Assembly: GCA_964188305.1 (NCBI GenBank)
Contig: OZ076885.1
Reading direction: 5' to 3' (one strand)
Origin: Podarcis bocagei
Lineage: Eukaryota
Length of the DNA stretch: 64,000 bases
The notes beneath the pieces were generated by a model. The model saw nothing but the letters and a program-made list of their open reading frames with translations. It searched no databases and had not been told where the DNA came from. How positions within the stretch are numbered: the first letter of the stretch is position 1; each line of letters opens with the position of its first letter. A program made the translations under genes and the position numbers. Shown in pieces: positions 28,747-38,958 of the stretch.

Positions 28747-31571
28747 TATTAATCTTTAAAATACAGGAAGCTTCCATCTACTTTTCTTCACATCCACCTT
28801 GTAGATCATTTCCTTATATCAGAGTATAGCAATCAGACTTCATGATTTGACATGTTATAAAACACAAACAACCTTCAATATAAGTTGGTAATAATTGTGT
28901 CCCACTTGCACTGTCCAAGCTTCTCCTTGGTTTAGCTGCAAAGCCAATGACAAGAAAAGGGACAGGGCCAGATTCTGTGCTTCCAGTACATGGGCTTTAA
29001 CAAGCTAGAGCAAAATGCTTTTCTGTGAGATGGGCAGTCGGAATAGGCGGTTGCTCTTAAGTTCTGACAATCAGACAAACTGCCTCTTGCCCTAGTAAAG
29101 GCTTAATTGTAAGATATGAGCCACCCCCTAAAACATGTACTTCTCATGTTGATAACCAGTAGTTTAGTTCAGTCAACTTCAAGCATAGTGTGTAAATGTG
29201 TACTCCCTAAAACATCTGACTGACCTTTTCAAATGTCTTGTTCTAAAAGGCAGATTGTTAACCCATCTTCTCCTAATCATGTGTGAATGTGTACCCTGTT
29301 GTGTTGATAGTGCTAGTGCACAGAGGGGGCACTCCCTGCCCTCCCACATTTTTGCAAACCTTTGTTAGCCTTGTCTGTGGACCTTTTTTAGGGCATGCTT
29401 AGTCCTGTCTGGGCTTGTTCTCTTGCAATCTGCTTGCCCTCCCAACTGCGATCTGTAGTGACCACTTCCAAGAAAGCGGAAGTTATTCTGGGGGGGGGGG
29501 GGATGAAACACTTGAAACATTGAAACGTTTAAGAAATGTCAGCAAAATCAAAGAGTGGCTTAGACTTGCCACATCTTTTCCTTTTTCTCCCTTAAAAAAA
29601 CAGCACCACCTGAGTCTTCTGTGCTTTAAGCAGCTGTATGGTAAACATAGCTGCAGCAGCTATACCTTTTCCAGTAATGAGAAATACTTCAACTGGTGCA
29701 CATCTCATTCATTCAACGATTTAAGGCACAGGAGCTTGTCCTTAACAAAAGTGCCATCCCTGCAGTAGCTGCTAGCTGTGATGGTTCCAGCTGGAGGCTT
29801 GGGCGGGGGGTAGGAGAGCTGTTGCTATCAGGCGCTCCATTTTGAAAGACCATTGGTAAAGACCATTGCACATTGGAACTATGGGGGAGGGCTCTTTTTC
29901 ACGAGGGACCCAACCACGCATTGGGAGAAATGGTCTGCTAAGTTTCCTCTGAATCACTTCTGAAAGGGGTTTTCTTGTATAGGAAACTTCCTATGACCAT
30001 AGCACACCACACTTCCCTTTGGGAAAACCCCATAGCTTCTGGAGTTCACCTCATCCTCATTCAGCGACTGAGTGCAATGACCTTTCTATTCCCCTCACTA
30101 CCAGGTGCAGCAGAAGAGATTATGCCACACTCCTCCTCGCTTCTCCCCCCCCCCTTTTCTTTCTTCCAGAGCAGTTGGAAATTCTGTTTAAACTTTCTAA
30201 CATACCCAGAATGCCTTCCTCTGAGGAAGGTCCCCCTTGACCCTTCCTCGGAGCAAGGCATGGCAGAGGGGCTGAGGCGGAGAGCCCAGGGGAAGCCATT
30301 CCTCCTTCCCTTAGCTTGCCTCTTGGAAGTGACGGCCCTGCCCACGTCTTTCCTTCTTCCTCTGTATTTACGCAGATAATCTTGCCAGTGGAATAGGTAT
30401 TTCTGCCTTGCTACCGTGTAAAAGGACTTGTCAGTCTTGTTCTTCTTTGCAGGTGTCTTTTATACAGCAGAAAGCAAGTCAAATGCATCTCCCAGGAAGT
30501 GTGTCGTAGCCAGCTGGTGTTTGGAAACCATAAATCAAAACACCTTCTCAGGCAAAGGCCTGTATTTTCCCAAAAAGGCAGAAATGAAGCGTGTAGCATA
30601 CCTACACCTCTAACTGATTTTTTTAACATATTTTTCTCATTCTAGATATGTTGCTAGACATATCTAGTACTGTGCCTTTAAAAGCACCTTCTGAAGCAAT
30701 CTTGGCTTTCCTGTAGCCTTCCAGTCTCTCTCAGAAAAATAAGACTCTCCTCCCATCTTCAAAGAATTAACCCTTTGAAGGCATAGCTGGTAGATAGCAG
30801 GGTGGCTTGTTAGGCTGGACCAAGGAGAAATCTTCCAGCTTCCATTTTCTGTCTTTAAATGGGAAGGATGACCTGCCTTGCAGGATGGTGGAGAAGGGGC
30901 TATTGGAAAGGACCCTGCAGATTTAAACTGCTGATGATCTATAATGAAATACTTGCAACAAAATTGCTTGCTCCAGAGAGGCCTGATCTACAGCCTACTT
31001 CACAACCTTTTTTCTGTATGGTCTGTGGCAACAGAGGAAAGGCCTTTCGCAGCACTGGTCCCCCAACTATGGTATATAGTATAGCCACATTGCTATCTTT
31101 TTTGTGCCCCCTTAAAAAAAATTGTCCACCTGCTCATTTTTTGTGCATTTTTTATTATTGTCATTGATGGTTTTATCTATTTTGTTATTGTATTTGTGTT
31201 GCAATATAACTGATGGCACACTGTGCTGAAAATCTATATAGAATGATGGGAGGTATAAAAAGGGTTTCAAATAGACAAATACCTAAATAGGAATCTGTCT
31301 AGGCTGTACCAATGCAGGATGGGAGGGGGAGGGTGTTCTCATGATGGAATGCTCCCTTTACAATAAATCTTTCCCACACGAAAAGCTAAATGTCAGGAAG
31401 AAGAGTTCTTAATATGCTGACTGCCAGAATCAATGCCTTTTCATTTACTTATATCAGCGAGAACTAGACCTGAGAGATGGCTTGAGAAACAGTAACAGTT
31501 GAAATAATGATGGTGCTCAGTTTTATCTCAGAAGTATGCAGCCATAACCAGCTTTCGTATTTTCTCTCTAG

Positions 31572-31669
31572 GCTGCAGTCCATTCTATTTAACGGTCTAC
31601 AGTGAATACGGTGTTGATGTATTTAATGTCAGCACCATGGAATGGGTTCAGACTATCGGCTTAAGAAAG
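31572..31669 (+). CDS. CDC42BPB: MRCK-beta exon (~31), CNH
   Basis: ctctag|GC..AAG|gtaagt; [33 protein letters not shown]. Confidence 0.96.
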
Positions 31670-31781
31670 GTAAGTAGCTTGCCCGTACTGTAAAACACAG
31701 TGCCTTATTCGTTTACTGCAAACATCTTGGCAGTGTGTTGAGGATGAATTTTAAGCTTCCCTTACTTTGTCTCCATAACAG

Positions 31782-31866
31782 ATCAGACCCCTAAATGTGA
31801 TGGGCACACTGAATCTCCTTAACTGTGAACCTCCTCGACTGATCTATTTCAAGAACAAGTTTTCAG
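31782..31866 (+). CDS. CDC42BPB: MRCK-beta exon (~32)
   Basis: aacag|ATC..G|gttagt; [28 protein letters not shown]. Confidence 0.96.
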
Positions 31867-32380
31867 GTTAGTGCGTTCGGTCGGGGTGGGACATACAAAG
31901 GAAAAGGGATAAAGAAGAGTGGTTGTAATGTGTTGGTGATGCAGGGAAGGCAAGTAGAGTCTGTGTAAAATTACAGCCATGTGTAAAAAATTACAGAGGC
32001 AGCCATGGGTGGCTAGCCTCCTTCGCCCCAAGGGCCACATTCAGCCTCGGCCTGCCCTCTAGGGGCTGCATGCAGGTAGTGGATGTGGTTAGCCCACACT
32101 CCCCACATGTGTGCATGCAGGGCACAACTCTGTAGATCAGATAAGAGAGAGCTGTAACCCTGCCTCACTCAGCAAAGAGTCCACCTGATGCTTTGTAAAT
32201 TCCTAGGTTCCTCTGCAAAAAGAGCTTAAGGATTCCACAAAGGTCTCCTGCATGAGTCTCCTTCACTGCAGCAGGGCTTGTACAGACCTTCTGCCTAACT
32301 ACCTCAGGGCTGTTCTGTTGTGAGGATATACTAAAGAGGGGAAGAACCCGTATAAACTGCATTATGTCTTGTTATAGCAG

Positions 32381-32498
32381 GAGCTGCCCTTAGCGTGCCG
32401 GAGACATCCGACAACAGCAAGAAGCAAATGCTTCGCACCAGAAGCAAGAGAAGATTTGTCTTTAAAGTCCCCGAAGAAGAAAGAATACAACAAAGAAG
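32381..32498 (+). CDS. CDC42BPB: MRCK-beta exon (~33); NAGNAG acceptor allows start at 32378
   Basis: tatagcag|GA..AG|gtgtga; [40 protein letters not shown]. Confidence 0.94.
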
Positions 32499-32620
32499 GT
32501 GTGACTCTACTATTTCTCTTCTCTCTCACACACACACTCACACACACACACACACCGCAATTGGTGGTAAAGGAGACTCTACTTATGCAAACCCATCATT
32601 TAATGTCTTTGTTGGTTTAG

Positions 32621-32738
32621 GGAGATGCTCCGAGACCCTGAACTCCGATCCAAAATGATTTCCAATCCGACCAATTTCAACCACGTGGCTCATATGGGAC
32701 CAGGAGATGGGATGCAAGTGCTCATGGATCTCCCACTG
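32621..32738 (+). CDS. CDC42BPB: MRCK-beta exon (~34), canonical CRIB
   Basis: tttag|G GAG..CTG|gtaaaa; [39 protein letters not shown]. Confidence 0.97.
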
Positions 32739-33321
32739 GTAAAACTTCTTGTTCCTAGGGAAAGCAGATAGGCAGGCCTATGCTCAGCCACAACCTGCAG
32801 ATCTTGGGAACGAGCTGGCAGAAGAACTTTATAGCTTGAGCAGAGCGGCTGTTCATTTTCTAAGGGGCAGCTGCAAAGTTTAATCAGGGCTAATATACGT
32901 CTTGGAAGGGATCAGGAGGAGGCCTTGGCCATGCCTGCTCTCTCCCCACTTTTCTTCAGCTCGCTTCACTGTAGGGTGATGCAAATGACAGGATAGTTAT
33001 TCAGCTGTAGGATGTCTTCTAACCCTGGGAAATCAAACTCCCTTTTAAAAGGGCTTGTATCTCCTAGGAACCCCCCAGGTCTTTCCATAGTGAGAGGAGC
33101 AAGCATGCAAGCCCAACCCCTGCGACAAATCTTATCCAGGAGGGGAAGGGGAGGGGAGGCAGATGCCTGAGCAGGCTGTGTGAAAACTCTCTTTGAGAAT
33201 GCCAGCACACGCACACGGCACTGAAAGTAAGCAGGCATCACTGCCAAGAGTGCAATAGTGTTTTCTAAATAACTATTCTCTCCTCCTTCCTTTTTCTTGT
33301 TTGTCTTGTCTAAAATAACAG

Positions 33322-33495
33322 AACGAATTTCCTTCCCCTTCACTCTCCCGACATTCTGCTCTGATATCACCTCCAACAGGCTTTGAGCACGTCTATCACA
33401 TGAGCCCTATCTCTGCTGAAATCTTTCTCCAGAGTGACCATTCTTCCTCACTGCTTTCCTCCTCTTCCTGTCCCTCCTCTGCTTCTGTAGCAAGG
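33322..33495 (+). CDS. CDC42BPB: Putative alternative cassette exon encoding a second CRIB motif (58 aa)
   Basis: pyrimidine tract..aacag|AAC..AGG|gtagga, 174 nt, phase 0/0, no stops; NEFPSPSLSRHSALISPPTGFEHVYHMSPISAEIFLQSDHSSSLLSSSSCPSSASVAR contains the CRIB pattern ISxPxxFxHxxH. Confidence 0.85.
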
Positions 33496-34207
33496 GTAGG
33501 AGCAGCTCTTTAGGAACTGGATGGTGACGGTGGGCATTATGCCTCTCTGCCAACATTAAAGAAAAGTTGGGAGGGGGCACTAGCAGTTTGCAGGGTATTA
33601 CTAACCTGTATATATATATATATAAACTAGTGTTTGCTGCTCTGAATCCTACACTTGAGTTAGCAGGTTGTGCTAAACCCCTACACAGACTAGATTATGG
33701 TCCTTCCAACAGCAGGTGGCAAAGGGAAAGCTCACTGGAGAATGCTTTGAAAGCAGTTTTTACTGTTCCAGGTGTCAAATATACCATAGCTCAAAAACAA
33801 TTTTCATATGTTTGTAATTGGAAAAAACCTTGAGGCATGATCTGCAGTCAAACTCCATTCTTTTCTTTACACAGTCTGGTTTACTGGTGAGTTCTGTTAT
33901 CCTGCCTCCAGCACTTGGAAGGAACTTAGACTGATGACTCAGTTTTGTTTCGCTTGCTTTTTGGGAGGCGGGAGGGGGGAAGGAGGGATAAATTGCCCCC
34001 TTGTCAGTTATTTGAATGATGTGCCTTTGTGTTAAATGGCCCTCTTTAGCAAGCGAAGCTTAGTTTGTAAAAAATACCACCATACAATAGCTCTGAAAGC
34101 AGTATTCCTTCGGTGTTTAAAAAAAACTCTGCTAAATGTTTCACTGAAAAAGAAAATAACGTTGAAAGTGTCTTGTCTAATTGACTGTGGCTACATTTCT
34201 GCTGCAG

Positions 34208-34313
34208 AGTGTCTTACCTCCTTCACAAGATGAAAAGGCTTGTCCTCCCACGACCAACATTTCACGCCAAGCACCTCAGAGAAACAAAAGCTACATTTCG
34301 TGGCCATCTTCAG
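34208..34313 (+). CDS. CDC42BPB: MRCK-beta exon (~35)
   Basis: ctgcag|AGT..G|gtaaca; [35 protein letters not shown]. Confidence 0.94.
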
Positions 34314-34397
34314 GTAACAGTAGAAATGGATCTATTTATAACCTGCAGTTTTGTAAACCTATCGGAGTGGAGAGTCTCAGACATATTTGCTTTACAG

Positions 34398-34468
34398 GTG
34401 GCAGTGACCTAGGAGCAGCTATGCCCTTGAGGAGTATGTCTGATCCAGACCAGGAGTTTGACAAAGAG
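34398..34468 (+). CDS. CDC42BPB: MRCK-beta exon (~36)
   Basis: ttacag|GT..GAG|gtgaga; [24 protein letters not shown]. Confidence 0.94.
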
Positions 34469-34770
34469 GTGAGATCTATCTGTAGACACCCTTTGGTTTC
34501 CTCATATTGGTGCATAGCTCTCTATTCAGTCTGGAAAGAGCCTTCTACGTAAACAGCAGCTGTTTGGTTGTTTGTGTATATCTCAAGTGCCAGATCTCAG
34601 GTTTCATAGAGCTTCAGGAATCTTGATTCTAGAAGACTCCTTCACTACAAAATACTAGGGAGAAATGTTTTGAAAGCTCTGATTCCCAAGAAACACACGC
34701 TCAAACACTTTGTGGGTGTCTTGGCAACAGTTCATAACTGAGGATCCAAAATAGGTGATAAGCTTTAGAA

Positions 34771-34891
34771 CAGTGTTTCCCAAACTTGGGTCTCCAGCTG
34801 TTTTTGGACTACGACTCCCATCATCCCTAGCTAGCAGAGGATGGGAACTGTAGTTCAAAAACAGCTGGAGACCCAAGTTTTGCAAGCCCTG
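34771..34891. mobile_element. Palindromic hAT MITE
   Basis: CAG...CTG ends, long internal inverted repeat, 8-bp TSD CTTTAGAA; degraded relatives near 870-1005, 7845-7975, 12085-12180, 26775-26910. Confidence 0.85.
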
Positions 34892-35089
34892 CTTTAGAAG
34901 AACACAGCCTGGATTCCTTATTCGAGCACTCTTGCCAGCAAGTTGGTCTGCCACCTTGCATAGACTTTAGCAACGTTCCTGGAGTGTTAGAGAGGTTATC
35001 AAACAGTACCAACTGCATTTTTGAAATTGGTTCCTAATTCATCAAAACCCAGGAGCTGCCACGGCTGATTTTAATGACATGTACAAGGA

Positions 35090-35270
35090 ATATAAGAGGT
35101 TGCCTTGTACTGACTGAGACCATTGGCTAATTGCTCTATATCACATGCACTCATTGGCAGTAGCTCTCCAGGATTCAGTCAAGTTTTTCCAAGCCCTGCT
35201 TGGAGTTGCCAGGGATTGAACCTGGGACCTTCTGCATGCAAAGTGTGTGTTCTACCCTTAGCTACAGCCC
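35090..35270 (-). mobile_element. Old tRNA-derived SINE with CR1-like tail
   Basis: GGGATTGAACCTGGGACCTTCTGCATGCAA B-box region on the reverse strand; relatives near 52440-52600 and 59470-59610. Confidence 0.55.
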
Positions 35271-37536
35271 TTTCTAATCAAAGGAAAACAATTTTCCCAG
35301 TGGAGGATGTCTCTGAGACTGAAACCAGGAGCAAACATAGCCATGCACTGGTTTCCTAATTTGTGGGTTCGCACAAATGCTTTCCTTCCATCTCTTGCAA
35401 AATTATTTTTGCAGTTGTATCATAGAATGCTAATACAGCAGTCGCTGGATGGCTGGACCTTTTTAAGAAGCCTGCAGCTTTTAAATCTGTTCTTCTCCTT
35501 CTTCTCCTCCTCCGATACCCTCTAGCGCTGTTAGCAGTGGCAGTGACGAGGCTGTTTTATGAATATGTAGTGATTGTAGCCTCTTGTTAGTGAAGGAGCC
35601 ATTGGGGACTAAAGTAACGGCCAATAGTAAACAAAATTTAAGGTAGTATATTTCTGTGTCAGTTTTCAACTGTAGTCATGAAAGTGCTTTATAGTATTTA
35701 TAAAATGCAGGGTACGCCACAAATGACATGCTCAGAGCAAAACAGACAGGCTGGAGCAGGAGCTGGCATCTTATGTTCCAGTTTGCCCATGGCGGAGGAG
35801 GCAGTCCAGTTGCATCAGGCTCTGAGGGTCATGTTTGCCATCTGCTTCCCTCACCCTCCTATTCCTTCCCACCTGTTCCTTCCATTAATGAAGGCGCTTC
35901 CAGTTTTGAGAGAGGTGGAATAAAAAATACCTTTAAATAAACAATAGTGCCTGGTGGTTGTTGTGGGGGAAAGAAGCATGTGTCGGGAAGGTGCATATGA
36001 AAGGGTGAAAGTGAGCTTCAAAGCATCCACTAAAAACTCCCCAAATATCTGTTGACCCTTGCCACTTTCCTACTGAATACTGCACTAGAGAGAGCCGCAC
36101 TTGTGGAAAGATCCAGCACCCTTTGGGCTGTGGGCTGTCACTGGTGTGTGGTGGTGGTTGTTTTTTAAAATTTCTGCCATCTGCACCTTGGGTCAGCATT
36201 CTGTTGATTTTACCCCATGAGGACTGCAGAAACCACACGGCTGCAGACTCCATCCATGGCGGCCCAAACAAGAGGCGAAGCTTGGCAGGGGCTTGGACTC
36301 GATGGCCCTTGTGGTCTATTCCAGCTCTATGATTCTATGATTCTTGCAGCTGTAGCCCAGCAGGTTGCCATAAGTGTCAGGTTTTGAGGTGGCATTTTCA
36401 GTTTATGCTTACAATAGTTAAGATCAGAGCATGTGAGCTATTGCCTGTATACCAACAGTGCGCTGTGAAACTCGGGGTCATTCTGCTTGGTGGCTCCTTG
36501 CCTTGTCACAGCTCTCCCTTAACAGATCTTGCCTAAATGATTGTCTGAGGTTGCTGTTTACACCCACAGCAAAACCTTGCTGATGGTATCTCTCAGTGAT
36601 ATCGCCTTTTAATCTGTTGGCTAAATATAAAGTCTTCTTCCCCCAATTAAATGGGCTGGCGCAGCAACAGTTCTGCTGTACTTTGCAAAGAGCTAACTGC
36701 ATTCCAAAATGCTGGGAAAATGTCCAAGCAAATGGCTGAAGTGAAAAGGGAAGGGCTACACCACAGAGCCATCAGCAACAAATCTAGAAAATAACGCTGG
36801 CTGGATAGGCGCAATTGACTGTCCAGTGAATTCCTCATTTTGGGCTGCCATTTGTGTCTTCCCTGACACCATTTGCAGTCAGAAACCTTCCGTTTCTTTT
36901 TTTTTTCTTTTTTCTTTTTTTTCTTTCCTTTTTTTCTGTCAAGGACATAACATAAATAACCGGTGGACAAATTCATCTGCTGTTTTACATAACGGTCTTT
37001 GCCCCTGCTTTTCCAAGCTCCTCACTACTCACAACTGAGTGATCCTTTCCCCTATCTGGGGTTTGTGGTGGTGGTGTGTTGCTGTTGTTGCTTTTAATGC
37101 AAAACAGCCATCCAAGGCTGCTGTCAGGAGCAGGAAGAGAGATGGGAGTGGATACACTGCCTTTAATACTGTCCAATCCTGCCCCACTCCTTTCCCACCT
37201 GTAGGGGTGAATGTATGCCCATTATGTTTTCTCCCTGTGGATGAAAGAGGTGCTGCTATGCCCCCCCCCCCCGAGAGAGAGAGAGAGACTAATCCAAGTT
37301 CCCTAACAAGCTGAGGCCCAAATTATATTTGCTGCTTATCACATGCAAGGCTTGGACCCCGAGAGAAGTTCAAGCAACGGAAGGAAGGCTTCTCATCCTC
37401 TCCTCTCCTCTCCAGCAATCTCTGAGCCTTGAGAAGCCTCTCCGGAAGCATCAGGGCACCATCCTGAACAACATGGGATGGAGTTCTGGGGGAAAAAGAG
37501 ACAGGAAACTTTCCTTCCATGAGCTTCCTTAATTTA

Positions 37537-37933
37537 CGGTATTTTTCGCTCTATAAGACGCACTTTCCCCCTCCTAAGAAGTAAGGGGAAATGTGTGTGC
37601 GTCTTATGGAGCAAATGCAGGCTCCATGGCTTCAGCGAAAGCAACGCGAAGCCTCCAGAGCGCAGCCAGGAGAAGCCAGGAGAGCAAGAGGGGTCGGTGC
37701 GCACCGATCCCTCTTGTTCTCCTGGCTTCGCTTCGCTGGAGAGGTGCTGCGCAGCTTTCCCTCTCTGCGCAGCGCCCCTTCAGCGAAGCAGGAGGAGAAA
37801 AGGAAGGTTTCTCCTGCCGCTTCGCTGAAGGGGCACTGTGCAGAGAGGGAGAGAATATTTTTTTTCTTGTTCTCCCCCTCTAAAACTAGGTGCGTCTTAT
37901 GGTTGGGTGCGTTTTATAGAGCGAAAAATACAG
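37537..37933. mobile_element. pogo/Tigger-type non-autonomous DNA transposon
   Basis: ~27-bp TIRs C(G/T)GTATTTTTCGCTCTATAA(G/A)ACGCAC, TA TSDs. Confidence 0.85.
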
Positions 37934-37947
37934 TAATTTGTCTTAGG

Positions 37948-38116
37948 CAGTGGCGTAGCGTGGGAGGTGCAGGGGGGGCCGGCCGCACCGGGCGCAACAT
38001 CTGGGGGTTAGGGTTAGGGGGCGCAAATCCACAGGTTAGGGGGTGCAAATCCACGGGTTAGGGGGCACAAATTACTTGCCTTGCCCCGGGCGCTGACAAC
38101 CCACGCTACGCCACTG
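37948..38116. mobile_element. GC-rich hAT MITE
   Basis: TIRs CAGTGGCGTAGCGTGGG / CCCACGCTACGCCACTG, 8-bp TSD GTCTTAGG. Confidence 0.88.
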
Positions 38117-38826
38117 GTCTTAGGATCCAAGCCTGCCTCTTCAAGTGACTTTGCCTCAAACTTTTCTAAAGTAGGAAGGCTGCAGCATAAAGCACAGAAG
38201 GATCTATGGAGAGTGTTTGTGCTGAACACTCCTCACCCCGCCGTTTCTCTTTCCCTCTGCAGCCGCTTCCTAGGACACTTTTTCTCCCATTTTGGCTTCA
38301 TGTTTATCAAGACAGCAGGCTGGATGCTCTTTGTGCAAGGACTTGGGAAACGATGAGCTCTGGCTTCTGACTGAAGACGGTTTAATGCATAGAAACCTAC
38401 AAGGCAGCTGCTTGAACTAGAGATGGGCTAGTCTTAAAGCTCTCCTCAGGTTGGGTTGAGGGTCCCCTGCCCCCAAATCCAGAAACTCTGAGAAATTTCC
38501 CCCAAGACCATCTAAATGGCTCAGAAGATTTGCTCTCAGACAGCCCCTGGGAACACCACACTTCCTTGGCAGGGCCTTCCGCAGTAGGACTATGCTGAGA
38601 AGAAAGACAGGCTTTCTTTTCATCCTTCCTCCTCTTCCTTTCTTTCCCTTCCCTCTTATCACACTGTCAGCCAGTTGTCCACACTAATAGGTGCAATTTG
38701 GGCCCAGTTCTTTTGGGAGCTCTTGCTGCACTGCCTCTGTCTCCCATCAGAAGCATCCTAATGGTTTCAGGCACTTGACACGCAGTATTTTTCTTTTTCT
38801 TTTTTTTCTTCTTCTTTTTTTTGCAG

Positions 38827-38958
38827 CCTGACTCAGATTCTACCAAACACTCGACTCCTTCCAACAGCTCGAACCCAAGCGGGCCCCCAAGTCCCAACTC
38901 CCCACATAGGAATCAGCTGACGCTAGACGGGTTGGACCAGTCGACCTGCGATGCATAA
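38827..38958 (+). CDS. CDC42BPB: MRCK-beta last coding exon (~37) to stop
   Basis: long T tract ttgcag|CCT; [43 protein letters not shown]. Confidence 0.96.
   Translation, partial: PDSDSTKHSTPSNSSNPSGPPSPNSPHRNQLTLDGLDQSTCDA

Noticed and set aside
36800-36827. Small hairpin CTGGATAG...CTGTCCAG
   Set aside because: An 8-bp stem with a G:U pair is expected by chance; no RNA family motif
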